DNA of 64,000 nucleotides from Chrysomallon squamiferum (Eukaryota; Animalia; Mollusca): NCBI GenBank assembly GCA_012295275.1, contig CM022668.1, positions 15,500,001 to 15,564,000 of the forward strand, read 5' to 3'. Shown piece by piece: positions 49,444 to 64,000 of this stretch (position 1 is its first letter; each line of letters starts with the position of its first letter). The notes under the pieces were generated by a model. It saw only the letters and a program-made list of their open reading frames with translations, ran no database searches and was not told where the DNA came from. The position numbers and the translations under genes were made by a program.

Positions 49444-52400
49444 TTATGATGATAGTGGTAATAATAACAGCAGTAGTAGTAGTACTTGTGGTAATAGTAA
49501 CATTAGCTACTAGTAGTAAAAGAAGTATGGTAGTAGTAGTAGTAGAAACAACAATAATATTGTTTTTTATCACCTGAATTAAATAGAAGGAAAAAAAGAT
49601 AAAATGATTAAGTGTGTGTTTTACCTGTTGTGAGTACAGTACAGCCAAGTTTACTAAAGCTGTGGCTACTGATGGATGATACAAGCCAAACGATTTCTCT
49701 CTGATTTCTACAGCCTGCTTGTACAGCGGTTCTGCTTTGTCAAATTTACCCTGCACAAACAGAGAGAACAATAAAACAAACAAACAAATAAATAAAAATA
49801 AACAAAAAAAAAAAAAAAAAAAAAAAATAAGTAAAATATATAAAAGTAGTAATAATAAAAAAATCTTCAAAAAAAAAAAAGAGAAGAAGATGAATTAACT
49901 GGTATATTAATAATAATAATAATAATAACCTTTTAAATACCTTTATTTTATTTTTTTTTTTTTGTCTTATGACTTGATGACCATAATTGTTCAAGGTAAA
50001 ATTGTAAAAATGTTTTCATAAGATACTTTTTTTACACTGGTTTAAATTCTTTTTGCTAAACAGTAGTCTGATTAATTATATGAAATTATAGTAAACATTT
50101 ATGATATGTCATATAGTCTTTCATTTTGTTCAAACTCTGTTTAAGACTGACATATTTACTAATGTATATGTAGTTAACATTTATGTAAGCAATCTGATTC
50201 GAAGTGTAATTTACAGACCTGCTTCTTGTACAGCATGGCCAGGTTTTTGATAATACCAGCACACCCTGGGCTGTCTGGTGTCAGGAACTGGAAAAAAGGA
50301 AAAGGTTTTAGTGACTTGAACATACACCACACATATTCAAATGTAAACATAATCACAAACACACAGACATATAAACATAAACAGAAACACACAAATGTAA
50401 ACGGAAATACAAACACACACAGACACACATACATACACACACACACACACACATCAAATACACGTGACTTTGAATAATCATGTCTTGCATATAATATGTA
50501 CTTTGTATCTCTTTCTGTTTTTCTTCTTTGTTTTCATAGGTTTGTTTATACTGACTGACAGAATAAATGAAATATATTTAGTTTGTTTGTTTGTACTACG
50601 ACAGTTAAATAATATTAAAAAAAAAAAAAAAAAAAAAGGATCCAAACACTCAACTAAATAACCAGCATAAAATATACAAAGACTATTTATTGATATAAGA
50701 CAGTTATTATTTAAACACAAATAAAAGTAAAATTGAAACAAAACCTTAAGTCGAATTTCAAGTGCTCGCTCATACAATGGCTCAGCCTTATCGTATTGTT
50801 TTCGATCGTTGTACAGAGCAGCAAGATTGTTCAAAGACTGAGCCAAATCCGGGTGGTCAGGACCCAGAGTTATCTCCCTCATCTCAAGAGAACGCTTGAA
50901 GAATGATTCTGCAGTACTGTAAACAAAAAAAAAAAAAAAAAAATAAAAAATAATAAAAAATAAAAATAAATAAACAAGAAGAAAAAGAATGAATAATGAT
51001 GGTTATGACAAGTACAAGGCTGCTGGTATATATAATAATTTTTTTTTAAATTTGAAAGATAGTGAAAGAAACCAAGAAGGAAAAAGAAAAGAGAGAGAAA
51101 AAGAGATCAGAGAATGTGTGAGAGTGTGTGAGTCAGTGTGAGTGAGAGAGAGAGAGAGAGAAAAAAAAACAAGAAGATGGAAAAAGAATGGGATAAGGAA
51201 CAATAAATCTGCACTAAAACACAGAACAGAGTAATATAAAATAAATAAATCTTACTCTAAATTATTCTGCAGATAATTCAGGACACCGAGTTCATTCAGT
51301 GTTCTGGCCAAGTCTGGAGAATCAGGACCAATTGCTAACTCCTCCAGATGAAGAGTTCTTCTTTGAAGGGGGTTAACTCCGCGAGGCTGTCCCTAAATAA
51401 TAATTACACTGACTGACATAAAAAATCACTTGTACAGATTTAAACTAAACAATACACAAAATATAACATCCAAATCTAAATCTTTTTAATTTAAAATTTT
51501 TGATAAATTAAATTGTACAAAATTTTTTAAAACTGAATGCTGGTACTTACACCTTGCAGTTTCTGAGGTTTTGTTTTCTTTTTAATGGACACAACTCTTT
51601 TCCTTAGTGGCTCAGCTAGGTCATGTCTAAAATAAAAAAATAATATAAAATAAAATTAGTCTGTTATTTGACAGTTAATTAAGGTATCAGTTGTAAACTA
51701 AAACAACACAATGAAAAATTACTTATCTTTAGAACATTTAGTCTTAGTATGTGAAATTGTCTACAAGAAAATGTATTTTTTCTTCTAAAACAAATTATTA
51801 CTAATGTATTTTTACCGAAATTTTCAAAATAGGTTTTGCTTGCTGTATTTTCTTATTTCTGAAAATATATAGTTTTCAGTAATAGTAGATATGATGTAAT
51901 TTACTAAAATGTTAGAATTAATCTCTTTGTGAAATTTATCAGTAGAAATATATTTTAAAAGCAATATATCCTTTAAAATATATCATTTAATATTTGAAAC
52001 TATGAATTGTAGTAATAATAATATTAATAATAATAACAATAATAATGATAACAATAAGAAAACAAAAACAAAAACTATATCAATAACAAAACAACAACAA
52101 CAAAAAAATTAAGAAATTGTTACTATTAATATTACTAAACAGATTATTATTATCATTACTATAACTATTATTATTATTATTATTATTATTACAGTTATTA
52201 TTATTATTATTATTACTATTATTATCATTATTGAAACAACAACAATCATAATACTATTCTTTCAAACAAAATTCTTTTTTAAAAATTCCAAATTCTTACT
52301 TGTCCTGTTTCTGATACAGCAGTGCCAGGGCATCCAACTCCTTAGCAACCAGACTATGGTCGCCGCCATATGCATTTTCATAGATGTCCAGAGCCTGTCT

Positions 52401-53105
52401 GTAATATGCTTCTGCTGTGGCAAACTTCCCCCACTGGGCATGGAGGCCCGCCAGCTGATGAAGAGACCTCGCTATGACTGGGTGGTCAGGGTCAAGGGCA
52501 GTCTCTCTCACCTCCAGGGCTCGCTGGAGAGCTGGGAGAGCCTGGGAGTATAAAAGTAATATTTAAAAAGACGATGAAAAATGTTGATGGTGGGATAATG
52601 ATGATGTGGTGTAAGTTTGTAGATTGGAAACAAACAGTAGTAGATTTTTAAAAAATGGGTTTAATTTATAAAGGAAAAACACAGATGCATATGTACATTA
52701 AACAAACATGAAAATAGACAGAATGAAAACAGATAGTTAAACAGACAGACAGATAGTTAAAGGATATTTAATGAATTTTCATATATTTTATATATATCTT
52801 TGAAAAATTTTCCCAAAGCAGAGACAAACATTCTTATAAATATTTTTTCAAAACTGAATTATTAGTTAAAACAGTTATGACATTTCTTAATATCTGTAAA
52901 CTTGTTAATTAATATTTTTTTTTAATAATTTTAGAACATTAAAGGATATTTAATGAATTTTCACCTGTTTTAGTAGTCCCATGTCTTTGAGGAATTTTCC
53001 CAAAGTTTCATACAAGTCAGCAATCTTAGGTAAAGTGACCAGTCCATCAAACTGACCTCCAGCTTAACAATAACAATAACATTTATAAATAATAATAATA
53101 ATAAT

Positions 53106-53138
<33 letters not shown>

Positions 53139-53193
53139 AATAACAATAACAAGAATAGCAGTAATAGATTCAATAATAATAGTAGTAGTAGTA

Positions 53194-53241
<48 letters not shown>

Positions 53242-55511
53242 TATTATTATTATTATTATTATTATTAACATTAGTAACAGTAATAATATTAATAATCACG
53301 TAAATATAAAAAAAATAATAATAACAATAAAAAGCAAGAATTTTTCTAAAGATATCATACCCAAAACTAGCATCAGAAATTACTTTTACTTGATTGCTAA
53401 CATACAACCCATGTGCATGAGGCTACATCAGATGTGAATTTAAACTGTCTGTGATCCCCAAAAATGAAAATATTTTGGTTATAACCATAAATACAAACCT
53501 TCCTCCATTTTCTTTGTTGCTTTGAAGTACGTCTGCGCCATGTTGATTTTGTCAGCTCCTATAAACTGCCAGTAGCCTAGCAACTCCCAGCTTCTTCCTC
53601 TGAAAAAAGTAGTCCCAGATGTAACGTCATTACTTATTATTATTTAACTAATACTTTAATGAAATAAAACACACACATACACTTTTACAAACATGAACAT
53701 GCAGACAACACACACATGCATCCTAAAAATGTTTGTGGATTGTTTGTAAACAACATGAATGGTTAAATCTTCAGAGATGTAAGTATATTTAGAATTACTG
53801 ACTGAATGATGTATTCCAGTTAGACAACAATAACATCTTATATTCACATTAACCTTTTTTATTAGACACACACACACAGGACACACACACACACACAAAA
53901 ATAAACACAAACAAATATTTGAAAAACCTTTAGGATAGGTTTTTAAAAAGAAAGAAAAAAAAAGAAAAAAAAATGATTTTATATATACTCCTAAGATTAA
54001 AGATTAAAGAAAAGATAACTCTTACTTTGCATAAAGCTGCTGAAAAATACAAGGGTTGAGAATACATCTGTGAAGAGATTCCTTGTCCTCAGTTTCTTTC
54101 AGTAACCATGGCAACTCGTCTATGACTCTGTATGTAACACTGTCAGGACTGAAATATATCAATAACTTTTAAAACTTTAAAAACTGATATGAAAAATTAC
54201 ACTGAAGAAAATTTTACGTTATTAATGAAAACACAAACTTGTCTGATGTGATGATCTGTTTAGGATCAAATCCACAGAGAGTATTATTAGTCAATTTCTC
54301 ATTCCAACCAGAACTCCAAAACTGGTTTAAACCATCTATATTAACTGGGTACAGGATAATGCTTTGTAAAAGATATGCAAGTCCCAGTTTAAACAAGAAC
54401 ACAAAAAAATTAACCTATTATATAGCTATGACTTTCTTCTATTATTATTAAATACTAGGTTTTTAATAATATTTTATTCTTAAAAAAAATAAATATACAG
54501 CTGTGGTTTTGTTCTGTCTGTGCATTCATTGATATATTTCTACTGGAATATAATCATGGATTTAAATAGGCTGATTAACAAAAATAATTCTTCTTTCTTT
54601 TTTTTAAATTATTTTCTTCAGTAGTCATCAACAGGATATTTTATTGAGGGCACTATTAAATAAAACACTTATCCATCCCTTTTTTTCATATAGGTAATCT
54701 TCATCATTTTATGTTTTAGTTAAAAGCAAAATTAAATAAAACATTTATCCATCCCTTTTTTTCACACTTGTGATCTTCGTGAATTGATGAACTGTCAATA
54801 TGCAAGACATAATGATGTAAGAGTATTATCTAACTTGTAAATAAAATGGAGAAATACCTTAAAAACTGAGAGAAGTAACTTATCAGGTCTTTTCTTGCCT
54901 CTTGTAAAGAATCCTCTTTACCAAAACACCAGTCAAACACTGACTTCTCTGCCTGTCACAAAGTAAAATAAATCTTTATTAAATAAAGTAAAAGAAATGT
55001 TTATAAAATAAATCTTTATAGAATAAAGTAAATTAAAATCATCATAGAATGAAGTAAACTAAATCTTTATAAAAAAATAATTAAAATAGAAACTTTATAA
55101 AATAAAGTAAAATAAAGTAAAATTAATCTTTGTCAAATAAAATAAAATAAATCTTTATAGAATAAAGTAAAATAAAATTTTTATAAAATAAAATAAAATA
55201 AATGTTTAGGAAACAAAACATAATTATTTTAAAACTGTTTTATATTAGTTTCATCAATCTGTGAGTACCTGGTAGTGAGCGAAGGTGAGTACTCCAGCAT
55301 GATATTTCAAGACAAGATGAGAACAAAGAGCTTCTATGATTGGACAAAGAGTTGACCAGGAGAGTTCGGGAACAAGGGCAAATAACTCACTTTCCTGAAG
55401 ACCACATCGACTAGCACAAATATATCTGAGTATCTGAAATATGAAGAGAAATTATTTGAAATAATAAAAAACAAAGAAAAGAAAAAAAAGTATTGATATA
55501 TATTCACAAAA

Positions 55512-55582
<71 letters not shown>

Positions 55583-56444
55583 TTATCATAGATTAATTAT
55601 AAAGAATAAATATTATTAAATAAACATTTTATTTTTATTTTGAATGGGTTTAATCTTCAGCTGGTTTAGTGAATCAAACTTTTATACATTATACAAATAT
55701 AAAACATTTAATACTTAACAATATACACATTAGTAGAATAATAATAACTACAAACAAATATACTCACTGTTTTCAATATCCCAACATTTTCACTGATTTC
55801 ATACTCTACTCTGAGGTAATCTAAAACAGTTGTGTACAACTCTTCAACATCTGAGGATGATAAAAGCTCATCAAGGTTTTGACTAATTTTCTCTTCATCT
55901 CTATAGAAACTGTAAATATAGAAGAAAAAACAATCTTTATTTAAAAATAAACAAATATTTGTTTAACAGTATATTAGTATATTTGAATGGATGAATGTTC
56001 AGATTTGAATATAAGGTGTTTCATAAAATGATAATGTAAGACAATATTAGCTTCCATGGTTATTTGGTTTTTTTTATCAATTTGTCATACTTTATTATTA
56101 GTAAATATTGGTGTACATGTATCTGTTAATAAAATAAAATACTGATTTGGAAGTATATGAAATGTTGTATCATAGTTTAGTTTTATAAAAATTATATATC
56201 TGTTAAGAAACACATGAAAATATCTGTGTTTTAAAAAGTATATTCTACTATTAGCAAAGATTAGATGTATTAAAAATAAAACAGTTATATTGAAGTATAT
56301 AATATGCATTTTATAATTTCTTCCACCATAGAAAAATTAAATGATATACATAACATTAATGTTTATCAAATAAAAAGTTTAATATAATAAATAAATACAT
56401 TGAAATATAAATAAATAAAAAAATACTAATAATAAATATAATAA

Positions 56445-56477
<33 letters not shown>

Positions 56478-57010
56478 AATAAAAAATAAAAATAATCATT
56501 ACAAATAAGTCACAAAATTTCAACTTGTATATAATATAATAATAATAATAATAAATAAATAAATAATTAAATAAATAAATAAATAAAAAATAATAATCAT
56601 TAGAAAAACGTCGCAAGATTTTAACCTGGCTACGTAATGGGAGAGAACCATTATGTAGAGTGGACAGCAGGTGGCGCTGTTGCGACAGTGGGTGAGTATT
56701 TTTGATTCATTCTCTGGGCTGATTGTTGCATCGAGAGTTGCTAACTCTGCATGTAGAAGTTCTTTGACGTTTTTGTTACTTAGTGGCTCCAAGTTCAATG
56801 TTGGCCATGATCTGAAATAATAACAATAACAATAACAATAATTATAATAATAAATAATAATAGTAATAATAATAACAGTAATAATAATAAATAAATAATA
56901 ACAATAACGATGATGATGATGATAATAGTAATAATAATAACAGTAATAATAATAAATAAATAATAACAATAATGATGATGATGATGATAATAATAATAAT
57001 AATAATAATC

Positions 57011-57071
<61 letters not shown>

Positions 57072-57144
57072 CAAAAAAACAATTAACTATAATAACAATG
57101 ATTAATGATAACTGTGTGGTTAACAATTATTTATTAATCACACA

Positions 57145-57179
<35 letters not shown>

Positions 57180-59284
57180 GCATATATTCATATACAGACA
57201 CATTCACACACATAACTATACACATACATTTATTGACACAAACGCACACACATGTACATGTACACACACACACACACTGACATACACAGACAAACACAAG
57301 ATGTCACTGAGGATGACAACAAAGTGTCACTGACCTCCATGACTGACAGGTGTCGTCATGACATGACACAATAACTCGACAGTCCACAGGTAGTGGATCC
57401 AGCAGAAACTTCAGATGAACTTCAGCTTGCTAAGAAAGAAAACAAAAACTTAAAATAAAAATAAATAAATAAATGAAAAATTATTTTTTTTTTTTTTTTT
57501 TTTTAAAAATCATGAAATGACAACATTTTGTGAAAAAAGAAATAAAGAAATATTTTATTCATTTATGCATTTATCAAATTTTAAATCAACAATTATGTTG
57601 CAAACACAAAATATATTCATATTGAAAAATCTACCATTATACTGAAATGAAATATATAGTTATATATTCAGAATCTGTTTTATTAGCAAGAACAAACATT
57701 TACATGCACCTTCCCATAGGCATAAAAAAAAAAATCCCAACAAAACCTGTGATATGATCAAATTTTCAAAAGAATAATGTAAAAGACAAAATAAAAAACA
57801 AATATGAGTGTATTTTGTATCCTATTCAACACATCTAGGTGTCTGTTAGACATACTGGCATTCTGTCAATGGAGTCAAGCACTAGGATAGACCCTCCAGG
57901 AGTTTTGGCAGACACCTTTTCCAGCCATCTTGGAAACTCTTCGAGCAGACGAATAGGGTCACAGGTCAAGGCCGGAGGTGAACTCACGTGTTGCATCAAC
58001 TGAAAGAAATAATTATTTATTTATTGATTTATTTCACAGATATTATTTTTAATAGACATGAAATTTATGTCACATTTACTGCTACAGCTGTATTTAAATT
58101 TATTTATTTAAATTATTGTTTAATCCATTTTTAGATCATTTATTTTATAGAATTCAAAGAAGAACAATGGATGAATAAATAAATTAATGAAGAAAATGAA
58201 AGAATGAATAAAAAAGCATAAAACTACATCAAATAATTTTTCAAATTTGAATCTTAGTGAAAACTCTGCAGTTTCAATAATACTGATGTTGATCAGTTTC
58301 ATGATGATGATGATGATGATGATGATGATGTTTACCTGTGCAGTTAGTCGTCGAATCATGACAATAGGATCAGCACTGATTGATGACTCAGATCCCACGA
58401 AGTGATAGAGTACAAGTGTACTGGGACATCTTTCCTGTTGTAGATGTATCCTGTGAATAAATAAATAAATAAATAAATATTTAAATAAACAAACAAACAA
58501 ACAAATGGCATATTAAAACCAAAACTAAACATTTAAAACAGCTAGCCTACTTCACTTTTTTTGCAAAGACAGAAAACACAGTGATGACCGTTTCACATGT
58601 TTAAATGACATTTTTAAATTATCTTGTAACTTTACCACTTGGATAGAAGCAGAGATCTTCCAGATCCTGAACATCCATTCACTAGGACCGGGGGTAGAGG
58701 ACCAGCTGCTGATATGTGGGCATTCAGACGTTCATAGTACTGTATATAAAAAAATAATAAAAAAAAATAAAAAATTATTAATAATAATAATAACAGAATT
58801 TAAATATTAATTTAATGGATGAAATGAGATATCAAATACTTAGAGAAAAATTGAAGTGAAGGTTAATTCTGCCTAAACTGTTGATTACAGGACCATCTTC
58901 AGTTTATGTTCTTTACAGTTTGAGATTAAAATTTTAAAATAAAAAACTGTTTAATATTTAAAATCAAATTGAAAAATATAAATTAAACTGTTCAAACTAT
59001 TCCTGGATATTTTGACTTAAGTTTAAAAGCAGTTAATTTTGACCAGTGCTCCTCTTAAAAGAACAAATATAAATAAATAAATAAATAAATAAATAAAAAT
59101 ATTAAAAAAATTACCCTTTCAAAAGCAAGTTCGCAGCTTGAATGCACAGCATAGTTCAATCTTTCCATCTGTTCATAGTCACTGTGAATATCCCACAATG
59201 CACCACAGCACAGCTGCTCAGGACTGTCAGCAAGGTGAAGGTCATCCAGGACTGCTCTCTTTTGTTTCAATACCAAGCTCCTAA

Positions 59285-59315
<31 letters not shown>

Positions 59316-59594
59316 ATGAATAAATAAATGAATAAATAAGTAAGTAAATAAATAAATAAATAAATAAATAAATGATTGAATAAATAAATAAATGAATGAA
59401 TAAATGAATGAATAAAGGAATGAACAAATGAATGAATAAATGAATGAATAAATTAACAACTGAGCAGTTATTATTATTATTATTATTATTTTTTTTTTTT
59501 TTTTATAATTGATTTTTTTTGGGGGTTTTAATTGCAGAAGAATTTCCTATCTAAACACACAGTTTTATAGATATTATTTTAAAGAAAAGTAAAC

Positions 59595-59626
<32 letters not shown>

Positions 59627-60809
59627 ATTTTGAGTCTTTTTTCAACTTCATTAAAAACTTGTTGAGCCCTTTCTGCTGGAGTGCTTGTTTCACAAATAAT
59701 CTTTGTCATGTTTCTGTCTTGGATTTTATGTTTCAGATCTTTCACTTCTTGGGGGAGCCTTAAATAAAAAATGAAACAAAAACAACAACAAATAAAAAAA
59801 AAATGAAAGTAAAAATAATTAACTAAAATTAAACATTAAAAACAAAGAAAGGTTACAAATGAATTTTGTTTGTTTTTCATGAAAACAAAAACAACAACCT
59901 TTTAATACAGAATTAAGATAACTTTTTCAATTCATATATCTAAATATTAAAAAAATTTATTTAATATCCATTGTTCTACCATGTTAAAGTTTTAAAGACC
60001 CATTCATACAGGTACACTGTTTTCATTATATCCTATTCTAACTATGGCTCTATAATAACATCATTAAAATGATGATGATAATAACAAGATAAAAATAATG
60101 ATGTCAATAAACAATGAATTCAGAAAATCTTGCTTCATTTGTTTAAATCAGTTTAACTGTCGCTGTAACAGTATATTAACAAATATAATTTCACAGGGAA
60201 GTTTGGGATTAAGTATTTTAAAATAATAAATTTAATTTTTACCTTTTACCACTGTTTTCTTTGAAGCAGCAAATCACTGGTCTGTTGGTTTGCGAGTCAG
60301 CATGTCTGCAGTTTATCTCAAAACTGTTAAATCTGAAAAACAGTGATGTCCATTGTTAGCCAAATGAAAATATGAAATATATAATGATAAAAAAAAGTAA
60401 AATAAAAAAAATGAAACATTCAGAAGAGATAAAGTAATCAAAAAATAAAAACTGACTGAAAAGATCTGTGTATATCTATGTGTATGTTTATCTGTAGGTG
60501 TGTGTGTGTCTGTCTGTCTGTGCATGTGTGTCTGTGTGTGCACAAAATATGTACGCAAATGCACATATATGGAGACTCATGGTAAGATAGAATGTATCAT
60601 TTTTTATCACCCACAGAAAAAATCTACAGTGTTCTAGAGATAACTAAGAGTGAAATTATATTTATCTATAAAATGAAATTATAAAATGTATTTGCCTGTG
60701 AAGAGTGTCTCCCATGAACACAGCTAACATTGTTGAAATCTCTATCTGCAGTTTTCTCATTCTTTTCTGTCTCTCAATAGTCTGAAAGTGTGCAAGTAGT
60801 AATCATGAA

Positions 60810-60864
<55 letters not shown>

Positions 60865-63075
60865 ACAAACAAATAAATAACTAAATAAATATTTAAACAT
60901 ACAAACAAGTACACAAACATAGAAATAAACAAACAAACAAACAAATAAATAAGTATGTAAGTAATGAATAAGTTACCCTGGTGAGTGAATGAATGAATGA
61001 ATAAATGATTGACAGACTGACTGATTAACTGATTAACTGACTGATTCAGCCTCTGACTGATTGATGACTTACTGAATGATGTTTAATGACTGAACAAATA
61101 ACTGACTGAGGGACCAAATGACTGACTGAATATTCATTTAACAACATTTATTTACATTTCATTACTGTTGCTTATTATTTTTAATATTCTGAAATAACAA
61201 TGAATTATCCACCTTGTTAGATGGGAAAGTAATTACCAGGAAATGGCCAGGATAACATGCTTGGATCTTAAACTAAAGAGAATTAATTACCTGCTCTGAT
61301 TCAAGCTGTGAATCATCAAATGGCAGGTGAATCAAAACAAATCCTCTACCTTGACATTCACAGAGTCTCTTCAAGTTAGGTAAATGGTCCTGAAAAATAT
61401 AGAACTATTAAAGATTAAAACTGCATGAACATAAAAAAAAAAATGGATTTTGATATCTCATCAGTGATAAAGTTAAGTATTTATATTTAAAAGAATATTG
61501 TTGTGTATTTCAAGTACTGTTAGTAATGATTATTAAATTTTGGTGAAAGTCTTTTAATAAGAGTTATCTACCTTTCTAAAAGTCTTCAGATAAAGATATC
61601 TGCCTTTGTAAAAGTATTAATAAGTGTTATCACACTCTTAATGTCGATTAATACCAATCATCTACCTTTGCAATAATTTCTAAATGAGAGTTATCTACTC
61701 CTGCAAAAGTCTTAACTAAATTACTGACCTTTGCAAAAGTTAAAAAATGAGTTACATATCTTTGTAAGTCTATAAATAAAAGTTGCCTATATTTGCAAAA
61801 GTTATTATCTCTTTGTAAAAGTCTATAAACAAGAGTTACTTACCTTTGCAGAAGTCTAAAAATGTGAGTTACCTACCTTTGTAAAAGTCTAAAAAATGAG
61901 AGTTGCCTACCTTTGTAAAAGTCTAAAAAATGAGAGTTGCCTACCTTTATAAAAATGTCTACATCCTGTGTCATGTCTGGTGATGCTATCACATACAACC
62001 TGATCACCTGACTGATTGTGTGGTTTGGAAGAGAGGCTGGACTTCGTGTCATGTTTGCTAGAGCTGTACTCCAGTCCTCTACAATAACAAATAACAAAGT
62101 TTCTGTCTTAAAAGAAGATTTTTAATGAACGAAAGAATCATTAGTTTACTAATTATATTTTTATATTAATGGCTGTCAAACCATAACACTGGGTAAAAGG
62201 AATCCCATAGTTGATATGTCACTTTACGGTGAGGATTTGATCAATGCATATTCCTACAGACACAAAAAAACGTGTAATGTTGATTTTGATAAAACAATAG
62301 TGTTGCAATGGTCAGAACAGGAAATTGCCCTGCAAGAAAAACTGATCATGTCTCTTGATTAAGCTCAATTCAATAGTTTTATTTAGAAAATTATTATTTT
62401 TAACAGTATTTAGTAAAAATTCCCAAATCAACAGTCAGCAAAAAACTGGATTCTTAAACAAATTTCAGTATTTTCCTCTGTATAAAAATAATTTAAAAAC
62501 CCATTAGACTTCAACATAAAACTTTGTTATGTCAGTGAAGTCTGTATTTTCCACTCTATAAAGAACCCATTAGACTTCAGCATAAAACATTATCCTGTTA
62601 ATGAAGCCCATATTTTCCACTAGATAAAGAAGGATAAGAAATGAACAACAAAAAAAAAAAATTAAAAAAATAATTAAAGAAATATCCTCACCTTTATTGA
62701 CATTTACAAATGGTCCTTCCAGTTCTAACAGACTGTTAGCGAATTCTGGACCGCGGAGGTACGCAGGCTGATGAAGCTGGACAGTGCTGCCCAGTGAGGG
62801 TTCACTCTCCAGAGCTGTCCACCAGTCTCCAGGATTAGACGTACCAGCTTGAGTAACAAAATGTTAATTGTAATTATACTACCATCTTAAATGTCAGATA
62901 GATGTTAAATGTTCATCAGTATGTTGCTGGACAAATGATTTTTTGATATGGAGTATTGACTTGAATAATAAATATTTATTATAAATATTACAAATGGTCA
63001 AATACGAGTCCTTAAATCCTTAAGTGTGTGTGTGTGTCTCTTAAATCCTTAAGTGTGTGTGTCTGTCTCTCCCCT

Positions 63076-63121
<46 letters not shown>

Positions 63122-64000
63122 ATATAGAAACACCAGTTAAACATACAAGAAAAACATAAATTGATTGCTGTCTCATACAGTGTCATCCTAATACAAAATG
63201 CATCAATGGAGAAGATGTAATAATAGATTTATCACCAGTCACATCTCTAGAAAGTAACTGTTATTATTTCTCACCTATAGACGAATCTCCCAGACCAGAT
63301 CTGGATGCTGTGTCATTGTCTTCTGGGTAATAACCATGAGCAATCTTTGCTAACTTGTTTTCCAGTTCTCGCTTGGCTCGCAGTAAGTTCTGAATTTCAT
63401 ATTCTTTGTTCTCTCGGAATATCTAGGAAGTTTAAAATTGAATGATCCTTAATTAAACATATATAATAACAACAAGAACAACAACAACAATAGAAATAAT
63501 AATAATGATGTTCATGACTGTGATGGAGACGATGATGATAATAATAATAAAAATAATAATAAAATAATAATAATAATAATAATAGTAATATATTAACAAT
63601 AATAATAAAAGAAGTAATATAACAATAATAATAATCATAATATAAAATTTGCATTTATTGATATACACAAGTCAAGTTTGTAATAACATTATTATTTGGA
63701 CTTCTTTTAATTTTTAATTTAAAAAATAAAATTTCCCTAATGTCATTACTGTAACCTCCATATTTGCATCTGTTGTTAATGTGTCTGAACATTTGCCACG
63801 AGGTCCTCTTTCAAACAAACAGTAATGTTATGTTATCTTCTAGCTTGATATTTTACCAAATCTTCAACTGTTGTTATAAATTATGTCATCATCACTTAAA
63901 CTGTTTTCGTGCCTTACCTTTCCATATGTCATTTTATCTTACAGTTACAGTTATTTATTTATTTATTTAGTTATTTATTTATTTACCTTAAACTGTCGCT
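48191..64000 (-). CDS. NPHP3: Nephrocystin-3 (coiled coil - NACHT-like P-loop - TPR), 5'-truncated by the window edge; 27 complete exons plus one partial
   Basis: Exons (5'->3'): 64000-63987, 63422-63275, 62847-62692, 62078-61945, 61389-61291, 60781-60696, 60332-60243, 59758-59626, 59280-59115, 58739-58636, 58450-58336, 57999-57856, 57429-57335, 56811-56626, 55909-55768, 55433-55269, 54952-54858, 54148-54026, 53599-53499, 53062-52965, 52541-52300, 51626-51551, 51392-51256, 50916-50745, 50287-50219, 49750-49625, 49260-49135, 48334-48191. Diagnostic peptides: [86 protein letters not shown]. One exon (59280-59115) is 1 nt off frame. Confidence 0.93.
61555..61955. repeat. ~33-34 bp minisatellite derived from an NPHP3 exon/intron boundary
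   Basis: Unit approximately (GAGTTGC/TA)CTACCTTTGTAAAAGTCTAAAAAATGA on the + strand, about 12 copies decaying leftwards. The rightmost copy includes the true donor at 61945/61944. Confidence 0.85.

Overview
AT-rich, microsatellite-laden eukaryotic DNA with spliceosomal introns. Gene content and style suggest a lophotrochozoan, probably a mollusc (inference; the species cannot be named). Hand-splicing gives eight protein-coding genes. (1) The 3' half of NUBPL/Ind1 (+). (2) A 522-aa antisense ORF nested in a NUBPL intron, with a 25-aa repeat and a B-box-like Cys/His tail. (3) An MFHAS1-like ROCO gene (LRR-Roc-COR) with an extra C-terminal death domain (-), showing two apparent 1-nt frameshifts in exon 2. 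(4) A 68-aa single-TM microprotein (DUF4748-like, -), head-to-head with (5) AAMP (WD40, +). (6) A 75-aa paralogue of that microprotein nested in AAMP intron 1, with its own ETS-type promoter. (7) A secreted mosaic protein, SP-[ShKT-ShK-like-Sushi]x2-PAN (+), with a 2.5-kb 33-bp minisatellite in intron 4. (8) Most of NPHP3 (-), with a GC-AG intron, a K-to-R Walker A, and a minisatellite built from a splice donor. An orphan CRE/NRF1/YY1 promoter-like island lies at about 45.6 kb. No rRNA, tRNA, CRISPR array or intact transposon was seen. Most short ORFs in the supplied track are microsatellite artefacts.
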